Positions 1-12,390 of a stretch of DNA of 64,000 nucleotides are shown piece by piece. The stretch comes from Selaginella moellendorffii (Eukaryota; Plantae; Lycopodiophyta). Within the stretch, counting starts at the first letter, position 1; each line of letters opens with the position of its first letter. Position numbers and translations under genes: made by a program. The stretch is taken from NCBI RefSeq assembly GCF_000143415.4, contig NW_003314271.1:3029913-3093912 (forward strand), read 5' to 3'. The notes beneath the pieces are model-generated. The model was not told the DNA's origin. It worked only from the letters and a program-made list of their open reading frames with translations, and made no database searches.

Positions 1-378
1 TATACCCTTTGTCATTGCTCTTTTATATGCAACAAGCTTACATGAATGGTTTTTTTTTTTTTCCTTTTAAACGGTTATATACCTTTATATAGAATCTTAT
101 TTCAAATTTAATAACTTTAAATTCTGACAAATCTAACATTTACTAGCCAAAAAGCACAAAGTGTAGATTTAAGAAAGTGAAAAGATTATTGTTTTTTTAA
201 ACAAATCTTATCTTATTTTATGTTCCAACAAGCATCTTTATTATGGCATATAGTAAGCATTTAAATTGTTGAACAAGAAGTGTCCTTTAGAACATTTTTA
301 CCTATATAATATAGTTCTGAAAATATTTAAACCTTAATTTTTAGCTCAACTCACGACAACTTGTGAGCTCAAGAATAG
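1..378. mobile_element. Decayed MULE subterminal/terminal fragment (inverted relative to 29690-30090)
   Basis: Reverse complement of the MULE left-end region (e.g. gaacaagaagtgtcctttagaacattttta; ctcaactcacg...gagctcaag); the last ~14 bp of the terminus are missing. Confidence 0.8.
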
Positions 379-563
379 CAATGGAGCAGCTGTACCTGTA
401 TGTAGATCATCTCTTGGCTTACTCTGGTATGAGGGACTCGATGCTTACTTCACTCGGCCACAGCAGGAGTTCCTGCTCTTGTTTCTGACTGAGCAATTGG
501 CCAGGATGATCGAGGAAGCCATGGACAAAGGCAAGGTCTGCACGGCACACTCTCTTGCGCCTT
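379..563 (+). pseudogene. 5'-truncated, deleted copy of the 3' part of the orphan gene at 4076-5281
   Basis: caatggagcagctgtacctgtatgtagatcatctcttggcttactc...cacggcacactctc matches 4950-5180, with internal deletions. Confidence 0.85.
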
Positions 564-1413
564 GTAATAGAGATCAAATGCAGGATCCATGCAAGGAACA
601 TGATGAGCAGCAGCCAAGGTCTTGTTTCGATCTGGAAGACTCTACATACAGCGGCCACATAGAACAGAGTGGAGAAAAGATTGATACAAAGAGACCTCAA
701 GCCAAAGATTATGCAAGTTGGGACGTGAAGATTTTCCTGGCTACCGGAGAAACAAGGCCTTTGAAATGCTACTCAGAAAGAAAGCGACTTCATGACTGGA
801 TCATGTTTCCTGCAAAGATAATCTGAAAGGTTTTGAGATGAAAGAACATTTGAACATACCTTGGTTGTGAACTTAGAAAGACCGGATTGGCGTGGAGGGA
901 CGAGCTTGACACTTGAGATAGTGGTGCCGAGCAGCGATCATCTCCTTGTGCGTTAGTCCCTGTTTAAACAGATTCACCATGAAAAATTAAATTGCTAAAA
1001 TTTTCCATTGTTGTTTCTTACTTTTGGAAGGTCATAGAAATTGTCCAACGTCGGAGAAGTTCCATCTTCCTACGATCAGAAAGCTGAAAACGATAGAATC
1101 ACCAAGGACCAAAAAAATGTACCTTTTTTTCCCCCTTCTGGAGCTCCCTCTTCCTAGAAAATAAATCAAACGATCAATCTACAATACTAAACATCAGAAA
1201 GCACAGTGACGAGGAAGACAGACAAGCAGAATACCGCCCACACTGATAGAATAGTGGCTCCCTTCGCGGAGTACCCTCGAATCCACCGTCGCTAGCGCGA
1301 GGGATGCCAGGCGGGATGCTTTGCTGCTCACAACATTGCCGTTTTGTTATAATGAAAATATCAAAAAGGTTCTCGTTCCTACAAAACGGGTCCTAGGGTT
1401 TCAAAACTATCAA

Positions 1414-2328
1414 ATGGCGATTGGTCTTCAGAATCAGGGAAGTACGTGCTCGATGAACAGCAGCCTCCAGTGCCTGCTACATACGCCACGGCTATCAGAT
1501 TTCTTTGCAAAGTCGGACAAGATCAGGGGTGAAGTGGCGAATGATTTCAGGAAGCTGATCATTGAGAGCATGCGTAGCAACGCGAGCGTGTCCATCAAGC
1601 CAGGACCCAAGCTCCAATCTAGCCCAGGCTCGCAACAGGATGCACAGGAGTATCTCATGTTCCTCTTGAATGCTTTGGATCAAGAGCTGAAGCACGGTCA
1701 TGATATGAGGGCTGCCACGAAAATGAAGCCTGTGAAATCAGGGAGAAAGGATCGTAAAGGTGGTGGTCAAGTGCAAAGCTCGCTAGTTGCAGAAATTTTT
1801 GAGGGCCAGACTAGAACAAAGCTACAGTGCCCAAAGTGCTCCAACGAGGCCTCGGTGACACTTGAGACTTTCATGTCTCTCTCGCTGCCAGTACCATCAT
1901 CGACTGTGGGCAACACCATTACGCTAGAATCGTGCATTCAAGAGTACACAAAAGATGATATGTTGGATGCATGGTGCTGCTCAAAGTGCAAGAGTAAGCA
2001 GCACAACATTTGCAAGAAGATGGAGTTTGTGAAACTTCCAGCCTGCTTGATTATCCATCTCGCAAGGTTCAAGTGTGATTCGTCTGGGAATGTCGAAAAG
2101 ATTGATACTGCCATAGATATTCCAGAAAGTGTGGAGATCTCGGGGCAGCACTACTCACTATATGGGTTGATAAACCACACGGGTGACGCTGATTACGGGC
2201 ACTATACAGCGAGTATAAAACTTGGAAACAGTGAGTGGTATGCATGTGATGACGAATCGGTGGAACATGTTTCAGAACACAGTAGCTCCACAGATGCATA
2301 CATTCTGTTTTACCAGAAAACTTCCTAG
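1414..2328 (+). CDS. Intronless minimal ubiquitin-specific protease (peptidase C19/USP), 304 aa from the first ATG
   Basis: Cys box GLQNQGSTCSMNSSLQCL, QQDAQEYL, zinc-ribbon CPKC...CSKC, LPACLIIHLARF, His box GLINHTGDADYGHYTA, WYACDDESV, AYILFY. The ORF-track start at 1321 is a TTG; the first ATG is 1414, with a telo-box (ctagggttt) at ~1393. Confidence 0.95.
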   Translation: MAIGLQNQGSTCSMNSSLQCLLHTPRLSDFFAKSDKIRGEVANDFRKLIIESMRSNASVSIKPGPKLQSSPGSQQDAQEYLMFLLNALDQELKHGHDMRAATKMKPVKSGRKDRKGGGQVQSSLVAEIFEGQTRTKLQCPKCSNEASVTLETFMSLSLPVPSSTVGNTITLESCIQEYTKDDMLDAWCCSKCKSKQHNICKKMEFVKLPACLIIHLARFKCDSSGNVEKIDTAIDIPESVEISGQHYSLYGLINHTGDADYGHYTASIKLGNSEWYACDDESVEHVSEHSSSTDAYILFYQKTS

Positions 2329-2409
2329 AGCGCATGAACATTTGTAACTCATGATAATAAGTTAATTCATTTGACGGAATGACGGAATGTATGACGGAAT
2401 GTTTCATTG

Positions 2410-3954
2410 TCAGATCGCAAACTTCCTTGACAAGAATGTATTGGCACTGAAAAAGGAGACAAGTAACCTGCTTGTTTCCCCAAGAAGCTGGAGAGATCGA
2501 GGAATTAAGAATTCTGAACAACTCGAGAAAGTAAGCAAAGATTTACTCATTTAACCTTGATAAAGACAAGCGGATCGAGTTTTTCACATGGTCAGGCCGC
2601 ACGCCTGGCTGGTAGGAAACGCAGAACAGACACAAACAAAAACACGTTTACCTTGGGGACTTTCATGTCCGACTAGTTGTTTGTTGAATCCGTCCCCTTA
2701 TGTCGGCATCCGAAGAAGAGATAGACGGAAGCAACCAGGTGAGGTACCAGCGCGTTTTGGACTTCTCATGAGGTACCTGGATCTCAGCTCCAACAATCTC
2801 ACCACCATAGAAAGCTTGCTCCTACAAAACAATCGCCTGGATGCTGATCTATGTTTGCCTCCCTCCAAAGGTGTGCTACTTTGATGGAGGCGAGCTTTAA
2901 CACTCTTGCCGGAGAACTCCCAGCGAAAACCATCACCTGATCCTCTGGGCATATAGTTTCGAGGGACATATTCCATCCGCTTTAGCAACCTCGTCGACCT
3001 GCAAGACCTGTAATGGTTGAGCTCCATCTGAACAAATGGCGAGAGGTAGGAAACATATTTATGGGGAGAGATACGAAAAACAAATGTTTACCTTGCCAGG
3101 AGCAGAATGTAGAAACAGACTGACGAAGTAGAACATCCAGCTTCAATGTGCGTGTCGGACTTACAGAGAAGGCCTGTGTCCTTAGAGTGCATCTATTGGC
3201 AAAGAGCTGAACAACAAACAGAGTTAGCAGATCAAAAGAATGCTACTGGTACCGTGATCGTTGTTAGTTGAATCAGCCCTCCAGGATTCAGTTCCTCCAA
3301 AGAAGAAACCACCACGTACGGCATCCCAAATGCTGTCGCTAAGCAGTGGGAGCCATTTACGTTGAAGCAAGCAGCTGCATCAGCAAACCAGCGAAGAGAA
3401 ATTGCTCTACGTGGGAGTGTCCTGTGAGCTTGGGCCGCAGGTTACAAGCAATGATCGACTAAGCTCGATGAAGTCACTCATGATGCACTTGGCGTCCGCT
3501 TCTTGCAAAAAAGAAGAGTGATTTCGTCGTGTAACTATACTTGAAGAGTAGAGATTAGAGCGGACTCACATTCTAAACAACGGGCGATGACGACAGTTCT
3601 CCGTTGCTGTCTAGAGCCGGCTACCACTGACTTGAAAGAAAAGAAGACAGCCGCTTGACACTAGAACGAGTTGTTAGTGAATGAGCCTTGAGAAATCAAT
3701 TTACCCTGTCCAGTTCCTTCTTGATCAGCCACAAGACTAGTGACAATTTGCGTAGCTAAAGGCACTCTGGGCTCAACCACAAGAATTTAAGTGGGATCCA
3801 TAAATCCAGGAATGCCATACCTTGTACGACGATTTTGTGATGCTCTCGATCGACGCCCGGCGACCTTGCAGCATGCCCAATGCAGGTCTGGATGGAGATC
3901 GTACCTGTTGGATCGATCCAAGAACAGCGCCCTGGGCGTCGAGAGAAGCGCCAT
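2410..3954 (-). CDS. Multi-exon gene of unknown function (possibly a pseudogene) with a transit-peptide-like N-terminus
   Basis: ATG ~3954 gives MALLSTPRALFLDRSNR...RRTR, followed by short GT-AG introns with open exons (VPLATQIVTSLVADQEGTGQ; VAGSRQQRRTVVIARCLE; ...PYVVVSSLEELNPGGLIQLTTIT; LFANRCTLRTQAFS; LDVLLRQSVSTFCSWQ). A complete spliced frame could not be fixed. Confidence 0.5.
2768..3026 (+). pseudogene. Plant LRR (receptor-like) remnant
   Basis: YLDLSSNNLT, LLLQNNRL, FNTLAGELP and SFEGHIPSA/SNLVDLQDL*WLS lie in shifting frames and match the plant LxxLxLxxNxLxGxIP consensus. Confidence 0.7.
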
Positions 3955-4075
3955 AATATCGTAAAACCCTATCGGAAAGTACTTGGTGGCGGGAAAAGCC
4001 CTAGCTATTCGCGAGAAGAGGAGCGCGTTCTTTACTCCATCGGCGCCCCCGATTCGCAAGAAGAGAAGCTTCGCC

Positions 4076-5280
4076 ATGCATTCTCCAGGTTCCCCGTCGT
4101 CGCCCCTGATTCGCGAGAAGAGAAGCTCTGCCATGCGTTCTCCAGGTTCTCCGGCGTCGCCCCCGATTCGCGGGAAGAAAAGCTCCGCCGGTTCTCCGTC
4201 ATCGCCCCCGGCCAAGACACCGGCAACACCTCCAAGAGGATCGCAAGCGCCAGCAAGAGGATCGCCAGGCTCTCCGCTCGGATCCAAGAAAGGTACCACC
4301 AAAAAATTCACGGTTCTTGGAGAGAGGGAGATGAGGATCGATCGCCCTCCAACTCTGGCAGATCTGCGGATCCAGCCAAGCGTCACAAAGACATGGATCA
4401 GGGCTGCAAATGGCGCAAAGAAGAACGAGCCATGGGTTTTGATCGAAGACCAAGGCATGCTGGATCTTGTGTGTTCTTGGGCTCACGACTGTGACACCTT
4501 CTTGGTGGAGCACAGGGGCAACGATGAGGAGAGCCCCAACACGAAGCCGCCGCGAGGAGCTAGCGCTGGCAGCTGTGATGTTCCAAGATCAATCCAGGGG
4601 CTTATAGACGCTGTGGCTTGCAACAAGGTGGATCCAGTAACTTACGAAGATCGGGAGCCAGAGGAAGCTACAAGAGCGATCAAGGTGTGGGACAAGACCA
4701 AGTGCTTTGCCATCAGCGCTGAGGGCCTCCTCGAGTTTATGGAGCAGCAGTCCTCTCAGCGATCACTCCTCGAGGTGGAGCTCGTGAGCATGGAGGATGG
4801 CGCCATCCTCTTCACCCCGGAAGTCTGGTTTGCGTGCCTCCTGCGCAAGCATCCTTGGTCCAGCATGTTTCGAGGCTTGTTCTCACGCAATGTGGATGCG
4901 ATTCGGTCCAGGCGCGAAGCTCTCGAGAAGCTCAGAGCGGACAGGGATACAATGGAGCGGCTGTACCTGTACGTGGATCATCTCTTGGCTTACTCCGGCA
5001 TGGGAGCCAAGGAGCAGCAGCGTGTGGACGAGGGACTCGACGCTTACTTCACTCGCCCACAGCAGGAGTTCCTGCTCTCGTTCCCGGCTGGTAATGGAGC
5101 TTCCATGCATGAGCAATTGGCCAGGACGATCGAGGAAGCCATGGACGAAGGCGAGGTCTGCACGGCACACTCTCTCGCACCTTTCTACATGAAGTTTTTC
5201 CAGCTGGTCCCCGGGGTGGATTTGAGCCAGGAGAGGCTGATCGACGTGTTTTACAAGGCCAAGCGAGCGTGGAGGAGTTA

Positions 5281-5281
<1 letters not shown>
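4076..5281 (+). CDS. Intronless orphan protein with basic Ser/Pro N-terminal repeats and a globular C-terminal region
   Basis: Long GC3-rich ORF (open from 3983, first ATG 4076); ~57-bp repeats encode IREKRSSAMRSPGSPASPP; central motif CNKVDPVTYED...IKV...CF. Confidence 0.75.
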
Positions 5282-5283
<2 letters not shown>

Positions 5284-5334
<51 letters not shown>

Positions 5335-5352
5335 TTGTGTGTGTGTGTGTGC
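5284..5352. repeat. (CT)n + (GT)n microsatellite
   Basis: Directly visible immediately after the stop codon of the orphan gene. Confidence 0.98.
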
Positions 5353-7299
5353 ATGCGTCCCTACATCTCTAACTCCCCGACGATATAGAGGGTAATATAG
5401 TATATAAATATTGTATCTCGTCTAAATGACCTCAAAACTGAGAGGTGGGTTAAAATATGATAAAATGCTTTATCGTACATTAATTTGTATAGATAGAAAT
5501 TACCCAAAATAGTCATTTCAATGTTTTGAATTTTTTAAAGTAATTGTGCAATATACAAAGATGATTATATAATAACACTATTTTTTGGGTTGTATAAACT
5601 GTTTTTGAAGTGACATTTTGTGCACTCACAATTTTAGTTTTTTAATAAAATGTATTATAGAATTAATTATTAAACTCATTATTCAAATAAACCTTCTATA
5701 TTAGCATTATTTAGGACTGAATTTGGTGGTCCCCTAATTAATATATCTATTCCCATGTATTACAATTTATCTCTGAAAGGCAAAGTTTTTTAGCAATATT
5801 TCGCTCAATGTTTATGATTGATCTAGCTTTTCTCCAAATCTAGAATTGTAACTATTAGATTTATTTTTCATTTTCAAAATTTCATTGCATTTTTTTCTTC
5901 CACCATACCACACTATTGTTGATTGAGAAATGTCTTATCTAAGGATGTAGAAGGTGTGTTGTTATTATCACCTAATAACATTGTTCTTGTGGCTTTAAAT
6001 CAAACTTTTGGTGTTATAAAACATGATCTTATTAGTGCTACTCTATTTTTTAATGTGTTGTCCATCTCTAACTTTTGTAAGATGTAATTCCACAAATTCT
6101 CCTATTCTTAATTTTCTGCCATTTCCTATTGATGTAGAGTGTGATTATAATATCAATTAGAGAGTTATAAATAATGTAGTTCAATTCGTGGAAATAAAGT
6201 TTGAGTTTATGAGAAGATAATATTTATGAGATTAAGTGGATTCATTTTTGTAGTGCATATAATCATAAAGTGAAATTTAGATATACTGTTATTGTGGATC
6301 CTTGGAACTTTAGAGGATAAATAAGGGTAAAATAGGACTCTCTTATCAAACAATTGCTCTTTTTTTAGTTGACTTAAAGGAAGAGAGATAGAATATGTTA
6401 CATGTGGTATTGGAGCAAATGACACGTGTTTGATTCCCATTTATTAGTGATTACTTAAAATATAATATATCCTTGAGTAAGGTATATTCCTTAAGTAAGG
6501 TATCCAAATATGATAAAATAACCTTTATAGTTGAAATAGTACAGGTTCATAGTCTTTTTGAAAGGATGATCTCAAATAGAGATTTGAGATTTACAAAGAA
6601 GTTTTAGGGCACATTATTCCAATTATTCAGATAGTAAGATGCTTCTAGGGACAAGTCTGGACACCAAGATGCTTCTGGGAAATAAAGAGTCATGTGAGTA
6701 GTGGAGGATACTTGTGCGAATAAGTCATTAACCCCTTCATCTTTCTTTTAGGAGTATTATTAAGGGGTTCACTTAGCATTAGTTCATCTAATGTTTACTT
6801 TCTAAACTTTTTTTTTTTAATAAGAGGTCTTTTATTATTCTCTCTGTGTTGGTTGATGCCGTTTACATTTATATCGTGCAATAGAGCCAATTCTCATTAT
6901 GTATAGTAATAACCATACACACGTATATGCACAAGATGAGACGGACCTAGTTTTGTGTATGGGTGATTTTAAGCTTGAGTTGTAGTCATTGCGGGTGGTG
7001 TTGAGTGAAGATTTTGACTTTATCCTTAGTATAGATTTATTGTAGTGCAATCATGCTAAGTGTGACTTTAAGGTTTCTCCCTTTTATCTCATATTTCTTT
7101 ATATTTCTTCCATTCCTCTCACTTTTGTTTTTTTTCCATTCCTCTGCTTCTACTTCTTCTTTCATCACTTTTGTCTCCTCATTACTTCCTTTTATGTTTC
7201 CATTTTGTTCCTTTATTCCCTCTTCCAATCCCTTCGATAATGTTTATGATGTAGCAATTAACCAACTCATAAAGGAGTCTGCCAATCTCTTTGAATTTG

Positions 7300-8236
7300 A
7301 CCTGTTCTCTAGGGCTAAGATTGCAACACGTCATCTTATTACAACTGGGGATGCAGGCTAAGATTGCAACACATCATCCTATTACAATTGGGGATGCCTG
7401 TCCAATCAAGGTTCTTATTCATCGTCGGTTACCAAAAGAGATTAAAATTTTATATGCAAATGTCAAGGAAATGTTAGAAAAAGGTGTTATTTGAAAGTTG
7501 TAGAGTCTTTGGGCATGTAAACCTCATATTGTGATGAAGCTTGGTGGGAGTATTCGTTTCTTCATTAACTATTGTTCGTTAAACAATGTAATGATCCTGA
7601 ATGTGTACCCTTTTCCTCACACTGCTAATCTCTTATATCGTTTGGGGAGAAGTCGTTGGTTCACCAAACTTGGCAAGTGCTGATAGCCGAGGTAGATATT
7701 CCTAAGACTACTTTTCATATTTTTTTGGTTTGTATGAGTTCTTGGTGATGCTATTTGGTTTGAACAATGCTCTAGCAACTTTCTAGCGAATGATAGACAA
7801 AGTTCTTTACAACATGCTGGAAGTGATTGCTGAATTTATCGATGATATCTTAATCCACTCAAAGCGGACGTAATAGGAACACATCTGTGATGTTTGTAAA
7901 GTGTTGAATGGGCTACTAGAAGTGGTTTAAACCTGAAGCGGTTGAAATCCGTGTTTGGGTCCAAGGACACAATTTATCTTAGATACCGTATTTTTTGTGA
8001 GGGCTTGCAAATTGATCATGACAAACTTGTGGCTGTTTTAAAGTTCCTTATTCCAAAGTGTGTGAATAATGTGCAGTGCTTCTTAGACAAGGTGTAGTAT
8101 CTTGGTCATTATGTTGATCATTTTTCTAATCACACTACATCATTGCGAGAGTTGCTAAAGTTATCAACATCATCTTTTATCTGGTCTATAGACTGTAAGT
8201 AGGCATTTATGAATCTCAAAGAGCTATTGACGATGA
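7300..8236 (+). pseudogene. Decayed Ty3/gypsy RT-RNaseH; the AT-rich 5400-7300 stretch is probably its decayed gag/protease
   Basis: EMLEKGVI*..SLW..P.IVMK.GGSIRF.INY..LN, YPFP...LL.RLG.SRWFTKL, LFGLNNALATF.RMID, FIDDILIHS, with many stops. Confidence 0.85.
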
Positions 8237-8500
8237 GGAGATGCTGGTAGAGCTATAGTACATATTGGTATGCACACATATCCAATGCAGGAAGGGATAC
8301 AAAGGAGTTTAGTCAATCGTTTCAAAGATGTAGTGTAGATAGAGAATATGAGAAACTCATTTGCAACTCCAAAGCATGTTTAAAAGACAGTGGTAAAGGA
8401 TTTTAATGCAAACACCCTACTTGATTTAAGTTGCAAGAAGACTCAACTGGAAGAGGCTAGCTTGTGGGAGTTACTATGATGTGTGCAACCTGCAATTACC
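8237..8500 (+). pseudogene. Decayed MULE transposase fragment (first part, interrupted by an LTR element)
   Basis: Matches the reverse complement of ~32575-32830 (GRVAIHIGTHTHP...LRELLRYVQPA) and continues at 17369. Confidence 0.85.
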
Positions 8501-8737
8501 TGTGAGACACAAAATCCCTAGGCCCCAAAGTGGAGCCGAAAGGCTGCCACGTGATAGTGGCCGAAGCGAAAGACAAATGAGCGTAACATGTTTGGACTAA
8601 AAGCTTTGACTTGAAAGGTTGAGAGTGGGAGTGGAACTCCCAACGAAGTGCTCAAGGAACAAGCACGGAGCAAGCAATAAGTGAGTCTCTAAAAAAGGGA
8701 CGCAAGAGGACCAACACATGACACGTGGAAGTGTCTG

Positions 8738-9245
8738 ACATGGAGTCCGAGATGGACTCGAGGTGGACCCGAGATGGAGTCCGAGATGGACCCGAGATGG
8801 AGTCCGAAGTGGAGTCCGAGATGGAACCCGAGATGGAGCCCGAGATGGAGTACGAGATGGAGCTCGAGATGGAGTCGGAGATGGAATTCGAGATGGAGTC
8901 CGAGATGGACCCGAGTTGGAGTCCGAGATGGAGTCCGAGATGGACTTCGAGATCGAGTCCGAGATGGAGTCTGAGATGGACCCAAGATGAAGTCCAAGAT
9001 GGAGTCCGATATGGACCGAGATGGACTCGAGTTGGAGTCCAAGATGGAGTCCGAGATGGACCCGAGATAGAGTCTGAGATGGACCCGAGATGGAGTCCGA
9101 GAAGGACCCGAGATGGAGTCCGAAGTCGCGACCTAGACCGGGACCGAGACCAAGACCGAGACCGGGACAAAGACTGAGGCCAAGACCGAGGCCGAGGCCG
9201 AGCCCAAGCCCGACTCTAACTCCGAGTCCGAGTTCGAGTTCAAGT
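8738..9245. repeat. 6/12-bp satellite (GATGGAGTCCGA / GACCGA) inside the family A LTR; also at 15848-16390, 23520-23730, 29225-29420, 55750-56290
   Basis: Directly visible tandem arrays. Confidence 0.95.
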
Positions 9246-12200
9246 TTGAGAGGGTGAAAGCCCAAAGCGTTCGTCTCCCAGACCCTGGGGGGTTTGGTGA
9301 GCTTCAAAAGTATAGTAGGGGGGGAGGACTCCAGTAGAGCCAGTTTGGCCAGGAAAGGCCAGTTTGGCCCAAGAAGGCCGTGCCTAGGTGTTGGGTGACG
9401 GGATAACCATTGAGATGTCCAAGACTAGAGTGAATATGGACCGACAAGCGGGGTAGCTTGGTGAAGTATTCAAGAGCTGGCTCTAGTTCCCCCAGAAGAT
9501 CGATTGGCCGATGCTCCTAGTCAAAGTGTGGGTGGCACTACCTACTTGGATACCTGGCGTGGCTCAATGGAACCTTGCTCTAAGCCCATGGCTAGAGCAC
9601 CCAGAGTACCCACGAGGCTCGCATAAGGCCGCTGTGTTCCAAAATGTTGCCCCAAAGTCCTAGACTGTGAAAAAGAGGAGGAGCCGTCCTCTAGTGTAGA
9701 GACCAAGGATACAGTCATATGAGGAGGTAGTCCCAGAGGACCGAGGGACTTAGTGGTTGGGCTTGTGGGCCTTGATCCAGTGGCAGTGTTGGTGAACACG
9801 GCCATGAACAAAAAGGGACTTGGTGGGGACTGGAAAAGGGATATTGAGGAAGGCTAATCCCCATGTCTGTGGGCATCCTAAGGATGCTAAGGAGTGGATC
9901 GGGGATGATCACTCATGGATGGATGGCCTAGTCCTTGAGAGATGGGATTGTGATGTAGGTGGTGTTAGACCACCAGTGTGACCAAGGTGAAGGGGCATGG
10001 CCTTAGTGTAACAGGCTGATATGTCGATGGTACCTTGGGGTGTCGATCATGGGATCGGACATGTGGAGCACTTAGACCAAGTGCAAAGGTTAAGTGGCGA
10101 GGATGCCATTCTCAGGGCTAGCAAGCCCAAGTCCAAAATAGGATTTATGGAGGTTGTGAGTGAGACTCCTCCAAGTGGTCGGAGGTGTGGTTAAGTGACT
10201 AAAGTAGAATGGAAAAATTTGGTCCCTTACAACTTAGTATCGAAACTGTTCCTTAGTCCGACTTTTATTGGTGCTCAAGTATATCACCATTGATATTGGC
10301 ATCAGAAGGTCCTAGGAGTGGGCCTATCCTTGAGGAGTAGCATATCGAGAGGACATGGCTCTCCACTCAAGTTCATGCGTGAACTTGGGCGTGATGTGGT
10401 GGATAGAAAAGGGGCCAGTAAGGGAACAACTTTGGGATCTTGGGAACAATATAAGGGTTTCCTTAGAGAGTTGAGGATGTGATCCAGATGAGTGTTTGAC
10501 GTAGCCAATTGGTTAATGTAATTGTGGTAAACAACTATAGTTAGGATCACGTGAAAGATAAAGACTCCAAAGCAATAAAGGAGTCACAAGATTATCCTCA
10601 TATAGTTGAGGTTGGTGCTCATGAATGTGAGATCAGAAGTAATGACCGCGAGAGGTCAAATACGAAAAAGGACACGAGTCCTTGAAATGGTAGCCAGAGC
10701 TACCTCTAATATATGCTAGAACAATCCAAGGAGTTGGGGGTGTACTCAGAGGATGAGTTGGTATTTTCATCACATGGACAAATGGTCCTAAGGGGCAAAA
10801 GGTTGCCCCAAGAGAACAAATCAAGTGTCGGAGTAACACTTGCAAAGATGGTCCTTGTGAGTAGGACTTGAATACAAGAAGTTGTATTCCAGTGAGCTGG
10901 CACTTCAAAGGTAGGACTTCATGGGTTGTCGGATGACAAAGTCTAAAAGGCTGAATAACTCAAATAGAGTCAAGGAATAATCCTAAAGGATTAATGGAAG
11001 CATTTAGACTGAGGTGTGTTGTACCCCACGAAGGATGGGGGGGATCATAAGATCCAAGGATGAGAACAGAGGGTATCTCATCGATGGCAGAATGGGCCAT
11101 GCTAAAGTCGTGGGAAAGGTGTTCCCCAAAAAAGAAAGCAACTTTGACATAGAGTTGTGTGTGAACACTATAGTGCAGTGCTAACTGATAGTTGGCATGA
11201 AAAACGACTGCTTTGGTCTTGGCAAAGACCTAGACACAAGTAAGAAGTGTTATAAAGGTAGACTCGTGGAGCCGTTAGTGTGGAGACACCAAATGTGCCA
11301 AAGTAAGATACCTTGAGGTTATGTTGATGGGTTTATAGGAACCCCTTGCCAAGGGAATGGCATAGCCTAAGCTGGAAGGCATGTGGTTGGAGTGTGGTGA
11401 CCCAGATAATGATGGCACCAAGCAATAAGTTGTAGGACTTGACAATTATGAGGCAACTAAGCAAAAGGTGCAAAATAATTGGTTAAACTGGTAGAAGGTA
11501 GCTACCTAAAACTTCTTATTGGGATAAAGAAGTTAGATCTACCCTTATGGGGGAGAAGCTGCTTATGTTGCGATATAGTAAGTCAATGCGTAAAGGGAAT
11601 GCTCATTGCCAAAAAAGACCATCATTGGGACACCCAAACACTTTAAAACACCAAGAAGTGGTGTTTGATGTCACAAGGGCATTAGATAAGGCCCAAGGGA
11701 CTAAATCCCTAGCGAATGATGGATAGGAACCACTCCCTAAGCTATCGGGTAGGTTCATCCTTATGAATACTTACTAAGGCATGGTAGAATATGCAAAGCT
11801 ATCTTCCTAGTCTGGAAGAGAATAACCAAAGGAAACTTATAAGGCCAAAAGGTAAATAGTATCGGGATGAAATTGAACCATAGAAATCGAAGGGCATAAC
11901 CAACGATAGTTATGCAAGTTGGGAGTGGAGAATCAAGAGGGTGCTCAAGGATGTTGTTACTAGCAACTGCGATGCCATACAGAATCTAAAATGTAGAATT
12001 GTCCATGTTAGACCATATGGTGAGTAGGGAGCTTGCAAAGGAGAAGCCTTAGAAAGCTAAGGAACAGAGTTCCTTGAAGGTTCCCAAAGACAATTCTAAG
12101 TAGGTAAGTACCTAGAAAGCCAAACATAAATGGTTCCTAGAGCGTGTAAAATCAAAGTGGCGCAGCAGAAGCATGGTCTTGAAGCTGGCCATGAGGCGAG

Positions 12201-12390
12201 GCTATCAAGGTTGGGGAAGTAGTTCCCGAGTGTTCAAAGAGAGGGTTTTGAATGAAAGTCGATGGTTAAGGACTTTCACGCTTATGCATGAACCATGTTA
12301 CGGTGGCTGAATGACTTGCTAAGTGAGAATCGCAAGTCAGGGGAACAAATCCCCTAGTCAAAGGTGCTAGCTTCAAAAGGGGTGGCCCAT

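Noticed and set aside
379-5281. USP cassette as cargo inside the MULE
   Set aside because: The MULE terminus at 378/60850 points into the cassette, so the cassette lies outside; no matching right end or TSD was seen
8597-9307. ORFs with SR/ME/WSPR/LGLHLG repeats (also 15800-16447, 27513-27817, 55698-56141)
   Set aside because: Products of stop-free hexamer satellites inside LTRs; open in most frames
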